Of a DNA stretch of 64,000 bases, positions 21,263-30,901 are shown piece by piece (position 1 is the first letter of the stretch; every line of letters begins with the position of its first letter). The position numbers and the translations under genes were made by a program. Under the pieces are notes generated by a model. It saw nothing but the letters and a program-made list of their open reading frames with translations, made no database searches and was not told where the DNA came from. The stretch lies in the NCBI GenBank assembly GCA_963728565.1, contig CAVSLC010000011.1:64001-128000 (forward strand), given 5' to 3'. The DNA is from an uncultured delta proteobacterium. Lineage in GTDB: Bacteria > Desulfobacterota > Binatia > UBA9968.

Positions 21263-21405
21263 GCTCCTTCTCCTTTCTGCGCTACCAACACATAAACGTT
21301 CTGATTGCACGTAACATAATCACAAGAGGCACCGCAACGACATACGTCCGGTGTTAGCCCGGCCAATCCGCTTGCCCCTGGTCGAGGGCGGCGAGTTGAT
21401 TTACC

Positions 21406-21434
21406 TTGACGGATGATATGTTCCTAAATATTCT
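21406..21434 (+). promoter_or_regulatory. sigma70-type promoter
   Basis: TTGACG-17 nt-TATTCT, followed by a GAGGTG RBS and ATG at 21479. Confidence 0.5.
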
Positions 21435-21780
21435 GCAAGCGCTTTACAACCGGTTGGTTTTCTGAGGTGGATTGACGTATGAGCGGCGAAGTCTTGCTGA
21501 CGGTCCCTCATGCACCTTAGGCCGATCCTATTCGTCATCGGCGCGTTTTATGAGTACTAAATCTCGAAACGAGCGAAGCCACGGGTGATCGCCTCATTCA
21601 AATCTAGAGCCTGTCGCGGGTCGGTGGGGTTATCGGAACACCTTCGTTATATGATGGACGAGTCGGGCTTTGTCACCGATTGCGTTCTGTAAAAGCGAAT
21701 TGACAGGTTGAGAAAAGTTTATCGACGCGACTCTCGAGACGCAGCCCAGAGCAGTACTCTATTCAGATGCGAGGATATTT

Positions 21781-22857
21781 ATGAACCACCTTCGACTCAG
21801 CACTTTGATGATACTCATCCTGATGCTTGCTCCCTTTGGCGGTCAGGCACAGGCTCAGCCGGCCAAGAGCAACAGCCCGGCTCTCGATGAGAAAGCCGTG
21901 GCGGATTTCTATCGAGGAAAGACCATCAGAATCGTGATCGGCTCGGGCCCTGGGGGCACCTACGATATCTACTCGCGCCTAATCTCGCGTCACATGTCGC
22001 GATTTATTCCCGGCAATCCTACTCTGTTGGTTCAGCCCAGGGCGGGCGCCGGCGGCCTAATCGCCGCAAACGCGGTTTACAATGCTGAGCCCAAGGACGG
22101 CACTGTGATCGGCTCGTTCGGCGAAACATTTCCTTTGCGGCAGGCCATTGGCGCGCCGGGCATTGAGTTTGATTCGGCAAGGTACCAATGGATCGGCAGC
22201 GCGGTGAATACGGCGATCGCATGCGTCGGACGCAGCGATTCTTCGGTGTCGTCATTTGACGATGTCACAGCCGGCAAGCCTTTTACCATCGGCACCATGG
22301 CGCCGGGCAGCACCATCTACGACACACCGGCGATTATCAATGCGGCTTTTGGAACACAGATGAAGCTGGTGCGGGGATTCGAAGGAGTTGCCAACATCGT
22401 CAACGCCGCCGAGTCCAAGGAAGTCGATGGTTATTGCGCAAGTTGGCTGGCGATGTTGACCACCGGCAGGCACCTTCAATTAATCCAAAGCGGCACACTA
22501 AAGCCGCTTCTGATCATGGGGGATAAAACTCCGGATCATCCGCTTATGAAGGGAGTTCCCGCCGCTGAGACATTGGCTAAGACGGAGGACGCGAAATTAC
22601 TGCTACGCGCGATGCATGCTCCCTCGGAAATCACCAACCCGTACGTAGTTCATCCCGAGGTTCCCAGAGACCGGGTTGAAGCCCTGCGCAAGGGATTGTC
22701 AGCAACTTTTGCGGATCCGGAATTTATCTCGGACGCCAAGAAAAGCAAGATTGAATTTTCGCCAAGCAGCGGCGAACGTGTGACCGAAGTCGTTCAGAGC
22801 ATTCTCAAGACCCCGCCCGGGATACTAGCCAAGATGAAGAAAATTTTGGTTCAGTGA
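21781..22857 (+). CDS. Bug/TctC family substrate-binding protein
   Basis: FYRGKTIRIVIGSGPGGTYD, IPGNP, EPKDGT and PEVPRDRV motifs. Confidence 0.9.
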   Translation: MNHLRLSTLMILILMLAPFGGQAQAQPAKSNSPALDEKAVADFYRGKTIRIVIGSGPGGTYDIYSRLISRHMSRFIPGNPTLLVQPRAGAGGLIAANAVYNAEPKDGTVIGSFGETFPLRQAIGAPGIEFDSARYQWIGSAVNTAIACVGRSDSSVSSFDDVTAGKPFTIGTMAPGSTIYDTPAIINAAFGTQMKLVRGFEGVANIVNAAESKEVDGYCASWLAMLTTGRHLQLIQSGTLKPLLIMGDKTPDHPLMKGVPAAETLAKTEDAKLLLRAMHAPSEITNPYVVHPEVPRDRVEALRKGLSATFADPEFISDAKKSKIEFSPSSGERVTEVVQSILKTPPGILAKMKKILVQ

Positions 22858-23113
22858 GCGAGTTGGTTGAGCACGGTAAAAACTTTTCGATATTATCCTG
22901 CGCACGGAATGAACTTGCGAGCCGATCTCTGACTGCAACTTCAAGCTGCGATTTTTGATGCCCGCCGGAGAGCACGACAAACAAGATCTGCAGGCTCGAG
23001 AACCACCATAACATTAACAAGTCGCAAACCATGGCGCTGCTTCCCTCAACTTGCCGGGCGCAGTTTTTCCGCGCTATCGATGCGAGATCTTACCCTCAAG
23101 TTTAAGCATCGGG

Positions 23114-24538
23114 ATGAATGCCAAAATCGATTATTTACTTCTTACGACAGCTTTACTGGCAACATTTTTCTCGGGTACCGCGACCAGAATCGTCAGCATC
23201 TCGATGCCGACAATCGCCACAAGCTTGGCAACCGATCTGCTCGGCGTTTCCTGGGCGCTGCTCTCTTATCAACTATCGAACATCGGCTTATCGATTGTCT
23301 TTGGCCGCCTCTCGGATCTCTGGGGCCGGGAAAAGGTTTTTGCCTTTGGGTTTCTGGTATTTAGCACCGGCTCGCTTTTGTGCGGCTTCTCCCAATCCCT
23401 TATTCAGCTCATAGTGTTTCGTTTTTTGCAGGGCATCGGCGGTGCGATGTTACAGTCCTCCAGCCGGGCGTTGGCCGCGGAATCGGTTCCGGAGAATCTC
23501 GCTGGAAGAGCACAGGGCTATATGACAACCGCGCATCATGTCGGGTTTATCATCGGCCCAAGCATCGGCGGTCTGATGATCGACTACCTGAGCTGGCGCT
23601 GGAGTTTCTTCTTCCTGGCACCGATCGGTATCTGCGGCATGCTTTTGACTTTGCTGAATATCAAACGGCGTCCACGGGTATTCCGAGGCCGCTCGGCGTC
23701 CATCGATTATCTCGGCGCCGCTTTGTTATTTGCCACGACCGGCGCGTTGGTGATGCTGCTCGACCGGCGCACACAGCAGATGATTTCAGCGAGCTTGAAG
23801 GGCGCGTTGGCGGTTCTGTTTAGTGTCTGCCTTGTCGGCTTGATTCTTCATGAAACTAGAACACAGAATCCGATTCTCAATCTGAGGCTGTTTAGAATCC
23901 GCCGGTTCAGCATGAGCGTAATCAGCTTGCTGGTCGTCGCCAGTTGCTATTCCTTGACAGGATTTCTCCTGCCGTTCTACCTTCAAGACGTTCTCGGATT
24001 AACCGCGACTAGCGTAGGCATGCTATTTATGGCGCCATCGTTGATAACGATAGCGTTGGCGCCTGTGAGCGGTCATGTTGCCGATCGTCTCGGCCCGCGC
24101 ATTCCGGCGAGTGTCGGCGTGGGATTCATGATTGTTGCGCTCGGCGTCGGCGCGTTTTTGCGTGTCGATTCACATTGGCTCCTGCCCGCCTTACTGGTCA
24201 TCGTCAGCGCCATCACCAACGGTATTTTCAATCCGGCCAATTCCATGGCAATGATCGCGATGATGCCGGCCGAGCATCGGGGTTTCGCATCGGCGGTGAA
24301 TCACGTCACTTTTGGTTTCGGGAATGTCGTGGGCGTTGCCCTGAGCAGTTTGCTGATGTCGATGGCCTTTGAACATCATACCGGGATCGCCGGAACCGCT
24401 CTCACGACGGCAAATCCCTCCGGGTTTGTAGCGGCTCTGAATACCACGTTTATTATTGCCGCTGGCTGGAGCTCGGTAGGGGTGGCCACTTCTCTTATCG
24501 GCAGCGCGCGAACATCGTCGCATCCTGGGCGGCGTTGA
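23114..24538 (+). CDS. MFS transporter, DHA2 (14-TM) type
   Basis: GRLSDLWGR motif A, RFLQGIGG, GPSIGG, WRWSF, LPFYLQ. Confidence 0.9.
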   Translation: MNAKIDYLLLTTALLATFFSGTATRIVSISMPTIATSLATDLLGVSWALLSYQLSNIGLSIVFGRLSDLWGREKVFAFGFLVFSTGSLLCGFSQSLIQLIVFRFLQGIGGAMLQSSSRALAAESVPENLAGRAQGYMTTAHHVGFIIGPSIGGLMIDYLSWRWSFFFLAPIGICGMLLTLLNIKRRPRVFRGRSASIDYLGAALLFATTGALVMLLDRRTQQMISASLKGALAVLFSVCLVGLILHETRTQNPILNLRLFRIRRFSMSVISLLVVASCYSLTGFLLPFYLQDVLGLTATSVGMLFMAPSLITIALAPVSGHVADRLGPRIPASVGVGFMIVALGVGAFLRVDSHWLLPALLVIVSAITNGIFNPANSMAMIAMMPAEHRGFASAVNHVTFGFGNVVGVALSSLLMSMAFEHHTGIAGTALTTANPSGFVAALNTTFIIAAGWSSVGVATSLIGSARTSSHPGRR

Positions 24539-24555
24539 TAATGGATGACTCGAGA

Positions 24556-25368
24556 CTACTGTGCCGAAATGATCTCGATCATGACCGCCTCGGGGTCGGC
24601 GCCCCAGCGCCACGGCAGCAGGATGCTGCCAAGACCGCGTGTGACTACCAGCATTGCCGATTGAAACGAATAAACTCCTTCGTCCAGGCAGAATCGGCTT
24701 TGCCTGATGATGGGGGGCCCATGAGGCAAGCGAATCTGCCCGCCATGCGTGTGCCCGGAAACCACGAGCGTTACTCCATGACCTGCGGCATCATAAAAGT
24801 GATCGGGGTTATGAGCTAACAGGAGATGCGGTGGGCCGAGTTCGGACATCAGGCGCGCCCAATCCGGCTTGCCGAGGATGAGATCATCGATACCGCCAAG
24901 TACAAAGCTTCCGGCGCCATGGGCTACGGTTACCGATTCGTTGTTGAGGGTAACGATACCGACGCCCTGCAGAGCTTTGCGAATCTCTTCAGGATCGCCG
25001 CCAAAATAGTCGTGATTGCCAAAGCAGAACCAAGCCCCTCGCGGAGCGCGCGACAGGGGCGCGAGAGCGTCGAGAAATGGCCGCACTTCACGTGAATGGC
25101 CGGTGACGATATCACCTGTCACCACCACCAGATCAGGTGCGAGCTGCATCAGGAAGCTGACGACTTCGGCCAAGATCTGGGGTTTAAGAAAAATGCCGCA
25201 GTGGATGTCCGATAACAGCAGCACGCGCAATGACGGAAGCCCTGGCGGCCAGCCAGCAGGCGTCAAGGTCGTCTCCGCTACTCGGAAACGACGCTCGATG
25301 ACCCAGGCATAGGGATTCCAAATGGCGGACAGATGAGGGTACAGGAAACGCGATATGAGTCGGTCCAT
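24556..25368 (-). CDS. Metallophosphoesterase (YkuE-like)
   Basis: SDIH, TGD, GNHD, HNP and SGHTHGGQ motifs; the frame stays open upstream, so the start is uncertain. Confidence 0.9.
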   Translation of the reverse strand: MDRLISRFLYPHLSAIWNPYAWVIERRFRVAETTLTPAGWPPGLPSLRVLLLSDIHCGIFLKPQILAEVVSFLMQLAPDLVVVTGDIVTGHSREVRPFLDALAPLSRAPRGAWFCFGNHDYFGGDPEEIRKALQGVGIVTLNNESVTVAHGAGSFVLGGIDDLILGKPDWARLMSELGPPHLLLAHNPDHFYDAAGHGVTLVVSGHTHGGQIRLPHGPPIIRQSRFCLDEGVYSFQSAMLVVTRGLGSILLPWRWGADPEAVMIEIISAQ

Positions 25369-25757
25369 ATTGCGCTCAAAAAGCTTGATCAGCCCGTGAT
25401 TCGGATTGAGCAGGCGCCTTTCCTTGCCGCTGAGCGGTTTGGGTGGCGCAAGTTTTTGTCTTCTCTGTATGGTGAAATCTTCCTTCAGGAGGATTGCCTT
25501 GGATGTCGTCGGGGACGATTGTGCGGTAACAATCCATTCTGTCCTAAATTATCTGCGGAGACAATGGACTACAGTACTGCCGCGCCGTTTTCGCCGACAA
25601 CTGATTAGGAGACCAAGCAAAACTTTCGCTTACCACGGCCGCAACTCTCCAGCAACTTGACATCATGAAGTCGAATCACCTATTTTCGCCCAGCTATGTG
25701 CTTATACTCTAACGACGTTAAGGTGATGGATAGTGCATCCACTGAAGAGAGGGGTTT

Positions 25758-27368
25758 ATGATCAACATCAGGCGACGAATCTTGTTAGTGATCGCTGTCA
25801 CTTTATTCGCGTCGGCGGCGTTAGGCCAAGCGGCCGAGAGTCCGTCGGCGCAACAGCCGCGCTCCGGAGGAGAGCTTGTGTTTGCCGTCGGCGAACTTCC
25901 ACCGTCGTTCGACGGGCATCGTGAAACAACTTTCGGCATGTTACATCCGGTAGCGCCGCATTACAGCACGCTGCTCCGCTTCGATCCGCAGAACTACCCG
26001 AAAATCGTCGGCGATGTTGCCGAGCGCTGGTCGTTCTCGAGAGACGGTTTGACGGCCACGTTCACCGTGCGCAAAAACATCAAATTTCACGACGGGACTC
26101 CACTGACGGCGCGCGACGTTAAGGCCAGCTATGACAAGATCATCTTTCCTCCCGAAGGAGTTGCCAGCGCCCGCAAAGCTTCCTTTGCCATGGTCGATAA
26201 GATCGAAGCGCCGGATGATGCGACCGTGGTTTTTCGTCTCAAGCACATCGCGGCGTCTTTTTTGGCAAATCTAGCGTCCCCTTGGAATTTCATTTATAGC
26301 GCGGAGCGACTCAAGAAAGATCCGCGCTGGTACGAGAAAAATATTCTGGGCTCGGGGCCGTTTATCTTCGGCGAGCACGTCGCAGGTTCTCATTGGACGG
26401 GCAAACGAAATCCGAATTACTTTATGGCCGGCCGGCCCTACCTAGATGGATTCCGAGCCGTCTTCATCCGCGATACCGCTCCTCGTGTGGCGGCGGTAAG
26501 AAGCGGTCAAGTGCTCGCCGAATTTCGTGGGTTCAATCCCGCCGCACGGGATGACATTGTGAAAGCCCTAGGAAATAAGGCGCTCGTGCAGGAGAGCCCC
26601 TGGGCCTGCAATATCTTAGTTGCTCTCAACAACGAGAAAAAGCCGTTTAACGATGTGCGGGTCAGGCGGGCGTTAAACCTCGCCATCGATCGCAACGAGG
26701 CGTCGAAGGCGTTGTCACAAATCTCGGTGATGAAGTATGTAGGAGGCGTCTTTCGCCCGGGCTCAGAATTCGCGACACCGCCAGCCGAACTGACGAAGCT
26801 TGCCGGATTTGGTAAGGACATCGAGACATCGCGCAAAGAAGCGCGGCGACTGCTGAAGGAAGCGGCAGTGCCCGAAGGATTCTCATTTGTATTGAAGAAC
26901 CGCAATGTCAAGGAGCCCTACGAAGTAAGCGGTGTGTTTCTCGTCGATCAATGGCGAAAAATCGGCCTAAACGTGACGCACTCGCCGCAGGAGGGCGGCC
27001 CCTACTTTAATGATCTGCGCCAAGGAAACTTCGATGCCGGCGTGGATTTCGCCTGTGACTTCATGGACGAACCCGATCTTTACTTGCTGAAATATGTGAG
27101 CACTGAGAAGAGCCCGATCAATTACTCGCGTTTTAAGGACCCTACGTTTGACGAGCTTTATGAACGGCAGAGCCGGATGCTGGATCTAAAAGATCGGTTG
27201 CCGTTGCTACGCCAGATGGAAAAACGCGCAATCGCCGACCAGGCCTATCAGTTTCCGCTTCTGTGGTGGCAACGGATCGTGCCGCATAGCAGCCGGCTCA
27301 AAGGATGGAAGATCGGTCCGAGCCATTATGTCAATCAGGATCTGAGGGACGTATGGCTGGCGCCCTAA
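25758..27368 (+). CDS. Peptide/nickel ABC transporter substrate-binding protein (family 5)
   Basis: KFHDGTPLTARDV, GSGPF and PFNDVRVRRALNLAIDR motifs. Confidence 0.92.
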   Translation: MINIRRRILLVIAVTLFASAALGQAAESPSAQQPRSGGELVFAVGELPPSFDGHRETTFGMLHPVAPHYSTLLRFDPQNYPKIVGDVAERWSFSRDGLTATFTVRKNIKFHDGTPLTARDVKASYDKIIFPPEGVASARKASFAMVDKIEAPDDATVVFRLKHIAASFLANLASPWNFIYSAERLKKDPRWYEKNILGSGPFIFGEHVAGSHWTGKRNPNYFMAGRPYLDGFRAVFIRDTAPRVAAVRSGQVLAEFRGFNPAARDDIVKALGNKALVQESPWACNILVALNNEKKPFNDVRVRRALNLAIDRNEASKALSQISVMKYVGGVFRPGSEFATPPAELTKLAGFGKDIETSRKEARRLLKEAAVPEGFSFVLKNRNVKEPYEVSGVFLVDQWRKIGLNVTHSPQEGGPYFNDLRQGNFDAGVDFACDFMDEPDLYLLKYVSTEKSPINYSRFKDPTFDELYERQSRMLDLKDRLPLLRQMEKRAIADQAYQFPLLWWQRIVPHSSRLKGWKIGPSHYVNQDLRDVWLAP

Positions 27369-27413
27369 GCTCCTGATGATTAGTGGTCAGCGCCGCCATC
27401 GAGCTAAATTTCC

Positions 27414-28367
27414 ATGGGACAGTACATTGTCAAGCGTCTGCTATTGATGATTCCGACGCTCTTCGGCGTTGCCGTGCTGGTCTTCGTCTTACTTCGAATC
27501 GCGCCGGGAGACATCGTCGAGCTCAAGTATGCCGGCAGCGGCACGTTTGCGCCGAAGGAAGCGATCGAGCGCGAGCGAGTCCAGCTCGGACTTGATAAAC
27601 CGGTATGGCAGCAGTTCCTGAATTGGTCGTGGGGCATTGTACGCCTGGATTTCGGCCTTTCCATGTGGACGGGCAGACCTATTGCGGAAGAAATTAGAAT
27701 ACGGCTTGAGCTGAGTCTTCAGCTGGCGATTATGGCGACTCTCGTGGCTATTCTGATCGCGCTTCCCTGCGGCACCTTGGCCGCTTTGAAGCAGGATACC
27801 TGGGTCGACTACCTGGTGCGGATCTTTTCCATCGGCGGCCTGGCCGTGCCGTCGTTCTGGCTCGGCATCGTCATCATTTTGATGTTCCTCATCTTCTTTA
27901 AATGGCTGCCGCCATTGACTTTTACTTCCTTCTGGACCGATCCGGTAGCCAATATGTCGCAAATGATATGGCCTGCCTTAGCGGTGGGATACCGCTATTC
28001 GGCCATGGCAACGCGGATGACGCGATCGTCGGTGTTGGAAGTTTTGCGTGAAGATTATGTCCGCACAGCCCGCGCCAAAGGCCTCAGGGAAAATGCGGTG
28101 GTCGTGAAACATGCGTTGCGAAACGCGCTGCTGCCGATTGTTACCGTGATCGGTTTGGAATTCGCTTTTCTGATCGGCGGGCTGGTCGTCACCGAGCAAG
28201 TCTTCAATCTCAACGGCATCGGCATGCTGCTCGTCGAATCCATCACCCATCGTGACTACACGATGACCCAAGCTTTGGTGCTACTGGTCTCGTTTGCTTT
28301 CATCGCCATGAATTTTTTCCTCGACTTGCTCTATGTCTGGCTCGACCCGCGCATCCATTATTCGTGA
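27414..28367 (+). CDS. Peptide ABC transporter permease (DppB-like)
   Basis: DYVRTARAKGL, HALRNALLP, VVTEQVF, DPRI. Confidence 0.92.
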   Translation: MGQYIVKRLLLMIPTLFGVAVLVFVLLRIAPGDIVELKYAGSGTFAPKEAIERERVQLGLDKPVWQQFLNWSWGIVRLDFGLSMWTGRPIAEEIRIRLELSLQLAIMATLVAILIALPCGTLAALKQDTWVDYLVRIFSIGGLAVPSFWLGIVIILMFLIFFKWLPPLTFTSFWTDPVANMSQMIWPALAVGYRYSAMATRMTRSSVLEVLREDYVRTARAKGLRENAVVVKHALRNALLPIVTVIGLEFAFLIGGLVVTEQVFNLNGIGMLLVESITHRDYTMTQALVLLVSFAFIAMNFFLDLLYVWLDPRIHYS

Positions 28368-28397
28368 AACATCACAGCGCCAGAGAAAGACGCTAAG

Positions 28398-29261
28398 ATG
28401 ATGTCACTCCGAGCGCGACGACAGTGCGAGGCAGTGCGTCGTTTTGCTCAGAGGCGGCCTCTCGGAGCCGTTGGCGCGGCGATTGTTATGTTGATGGCTT
28501 TAGCGGCCTTGCTGGCGGAGATCATCGCTCCTTTCGATCCTTTGCAGAACAATTATGGCGCCATGTTTCATGCTCCGGGCGCAACTCATTGGCTGGGAAC
28601 CGATTCCTTCGGGCGCGACGTGCTCTCACGGCTACTCTATGGCTCGCGCACCGCCCTATGGGTCGGATTCTCTTCTTCGTTTTTTGCTACCACCCTAGGC
28701 GCTGTTCTGGGTGTGACATGCGCCTACTTCGGCGGCAAAGTTGATCTTGTTCTGCAACGGCTGCTCGACATCCTGATATCGTTTCCGCTGATCGTTCTGG
28801 CTCTTGTTGTGGTCGCGCTGCTTGGTTCGGGGATTTGGAATGTCATAGTAGCGATCGCCATTCCGATGATTCCGCGTGCCGCTCTGGTGGTGCGGAGCAG
28901 CTCACTGGCTTTGCGCCAGATGCTCTTTGTCGAGGCGGCGCTTACTCTAGGCGCGGGTCACGCGCGTGTAATATTGCGTCACATGCTGCCCAATGTTGTG
29001 GCGCCTTATCTGATTATTCTGACCGCTTTTCTCGGCCAGGCGATCCTTCTTGAAGCCTCGCTTTCTTTCCTCGGTTTAGGCGTGGCCGAACCGACGGCGG
29101 CCTGGGGACTGATGCTTCGTGGAGCAGCGGTGGATTTCGCGGAACGCGCTCCGTGGATGGCGTTGTTTCCGGGCTTGGCGATCAGCCTGGCGGTGTTCGC
29201 CTTCAATGTCTTTGGAGACTCCTTGCGTGACGCCCTCGATCCTAAGTTGCGAGTGCCGTAA
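28398..29261 (+). CDS. Peptide ABC transporter permease (DppC-like)
   Basis: HWLGTDSFGRD, FVEAA, HMLPN, LSFLGLG, GDSLRDALDP. Confidence 0.92.
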   Translation: MMSLRARRQCEAVRRFAQRRPLGAVGAAIVMLMALAALLAEIIAPFDPLQNNYGAMFHAPGATHWLGTDSFGRDVLSRLLYGSRTALWVGFSSSFFATTLGAVLGVTCAYFGGKVDLVLQRLLDILISFPLIVLALVVVALLGSGIWNVIVAIAIPMIPRAALVVRSSSLALRQMLFVEAALTLGAGHARVILRHMLPNVVAPYLIILTAFLGQAILLEASLSFLGLGVAEPTAAWGLMLRGAAVDFAERAPWMALFPGLAISLAVFAFNVFGDSLRDALDPKLRVP

Positions 29262-29296
29262 GTTTTCGCTCCATGGCACTTTTATTTCAATCCGAC

Positions 29297-30025
29297 TTAG
29301 TCCACCGCCACCAATTTCCCATTCTGATGCTCGACCGTTTTGCCGGTGAGTTCCATTCCGGCTTGTGCGGCCAGCACAAAGCCGTTTCCCAAAATCTCGG
29401 GACTTGGTAAACGCTTGCGCGCTTCTTCGGGAGCATCCTCGGTGGCGATGGCTTGCTTGGGGCTGAAGGCAACCACGCAGACGTTCCACTCGCGCTCTTC
29501 TTCGGCGATAAAGCGTGTAAATGTGCGGATGGCGTCTTTGCTGACGACATAGGGCGCGGCGCCGTGGTTTTCGGCTCTGCCGCCGCCCCAAAGATTGACG
29601 ATGTTGCCGGAACGGCATTCTTCCATAAAGGGGACAACGTACTTGGTACAAAGAAAGGTGCCGCCCAAATTGGTTTCGATGACGCTGTCCCAAAAATCCT
29701 TGCTCATGAAGCGGGCGCGCGGCCAGCGCGGAATGCCCCAGTTGAAATGCGGCACGATGCCGGCGTCGTTGATCAATGCGTCGATGCGGCCGAACCGGTC
29801 GAAAACTTCATACACCATATGCCGCACGTCTTTTTCATCGCGCACGTCAGTGGGAATGGCAAATGCGTCACCGCCGCGGCTTGTGATTTCGGCGATCGTC
29901 TTGTGCAAGCGTTGGACATCGGTGTCGGCCAGCGCCAGCTTGGCGCCTGCTTGGGCCAACGTCAGTGCCGCGTGCCGCCCTATGCCTTTGGCCCCGCCGG
30001 TAATGAGAACGACATTATTTTTCAT
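29297..30025 (-). CDS. SDR family oxidoreductase
   Basis: TGGAKGIG, NDAG and YVVSK (YxxxK) motifs. Confidence 0.9.
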   Translation of the reverse strand: MKNNVVLITGGAKGIGRHAALTLAQAGAKLALADTDVQRLHKTIAEITSRGGDAFAIPTDVRDEKDVRHMVYEVFDRFGRIDALINDAGIVPHFNWGIPRWPRARFMSKDFWDSVIETNLGGTFLCTKYVVPFMEECRSGNIVNLWGGGRAENHGAAPYVVSKDAIRTFTRFIAEEEREWNVCVVAFSPKQAIATEDAPEEARKRLPSPEILGNGFVLAAQAGMELTGKTVEHQNGKLVAVD

Positions 30026-30085
30026 AAACCTCCGAGTAACGACCTGCGGCTGCGGTCTGTCTTCGATTACGTTGGGCTTCTCTGA

Positions 30086-30901
30086 TTATCTTGCCAAAAA
30101 ATCTGAAACGATTTGTGCCGTCAATTCGGGCTCTTCGACGTGGACGCTGTGGCCTGCGTTCGGAATTACTTTGAGCGGCTGTACTTGCGGCATTGACTTG
30201 GCGTAAATCTCGCCGTGCGACAGCGGCACCATGCGGTCGTGTTCCCCCCAGATCACCAGCGCGGGCCCGGTGATCCGATGTAGGCGGGTGCGCAACGGCC
30301 GGTTATAGAAGTAGGGCGGTTTGAAGCCGATACGCGAGCCCAAGCGCAGCATCTGATAGCGGCGCAGCTCGTCTTCAATCTCACCCATGCCATCGGGGAA
30401 AAGCTCCAACGCTTTTGGATGATCATGACGCGAGAAAAGCATCTGGCGCAGCCCTGCGTAACTGGAGCCGCGCTCCGGTTGAGCCATCATGAAGACATCG
30501 CCGATCAATGCCCCTTGGACGAACAGTCCTGCGGCGCCGATCAATACCATCTTGCGAATCTTCTCCGGGTGGCGCACCGCAAGTTCTGCTGCAATCCAGC
30601 CGCCGACGCAGCTGCCGACGAGGTCAAATTGCGGCATATTCAATGCGTCCAAGACCTCGAGATAGTGAAAGACGACATCTTCGATGGCTTCGATGTCCTT
30701 GTTCTCGTCGCTTTGAGAGCATCCTGGATGCGCCGGCGCAATGACCCGAGCCGTTGCGGCGAGACTGTCGTGGAAGGGCATCCAGCTTTCTTTAACGGAG
30801 TGAACATCGACGAAGCCGTGCAGGTAGAGCAGCGGCGCGCCACGGCCGTTCTCCAAGAGCCAAACCTTGCCTTGTTTAAGATCTAGAAAGCGGCCGCTCA
30901 C
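30086..30901 (-). CDS. Alpha/beta fold hydrolase
   Basis: LHG, GSCVGG elbow (Cys at the nucleophile position), WGEHD, AGH. Confidence 0.88.
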   Translation of the reverse strand: MSGRFLDLKQGKVWLLENGRGAPLLYLHGFVDVHSVKESWMPFHDSLAATARVIAPAHPGCSQSDENKDIEAIEDVVFHYLEVLDALNMPQFDLVGSCVGGWIAAELAVRHPEKIRKMVLIGAAGLFVQGALIGDVFMMAQPERGSSYAGLRQMLFSRHDHPKALELFPDGMGEIEDELRRYQMLRLGSRIGFKPPYFYNRPLRTRLHRITGPALVIWGEHDRMVPLSHGEIYAKSMPQVQPLKVIPNAGHSVHVEEPELTAQIVSDFLAR

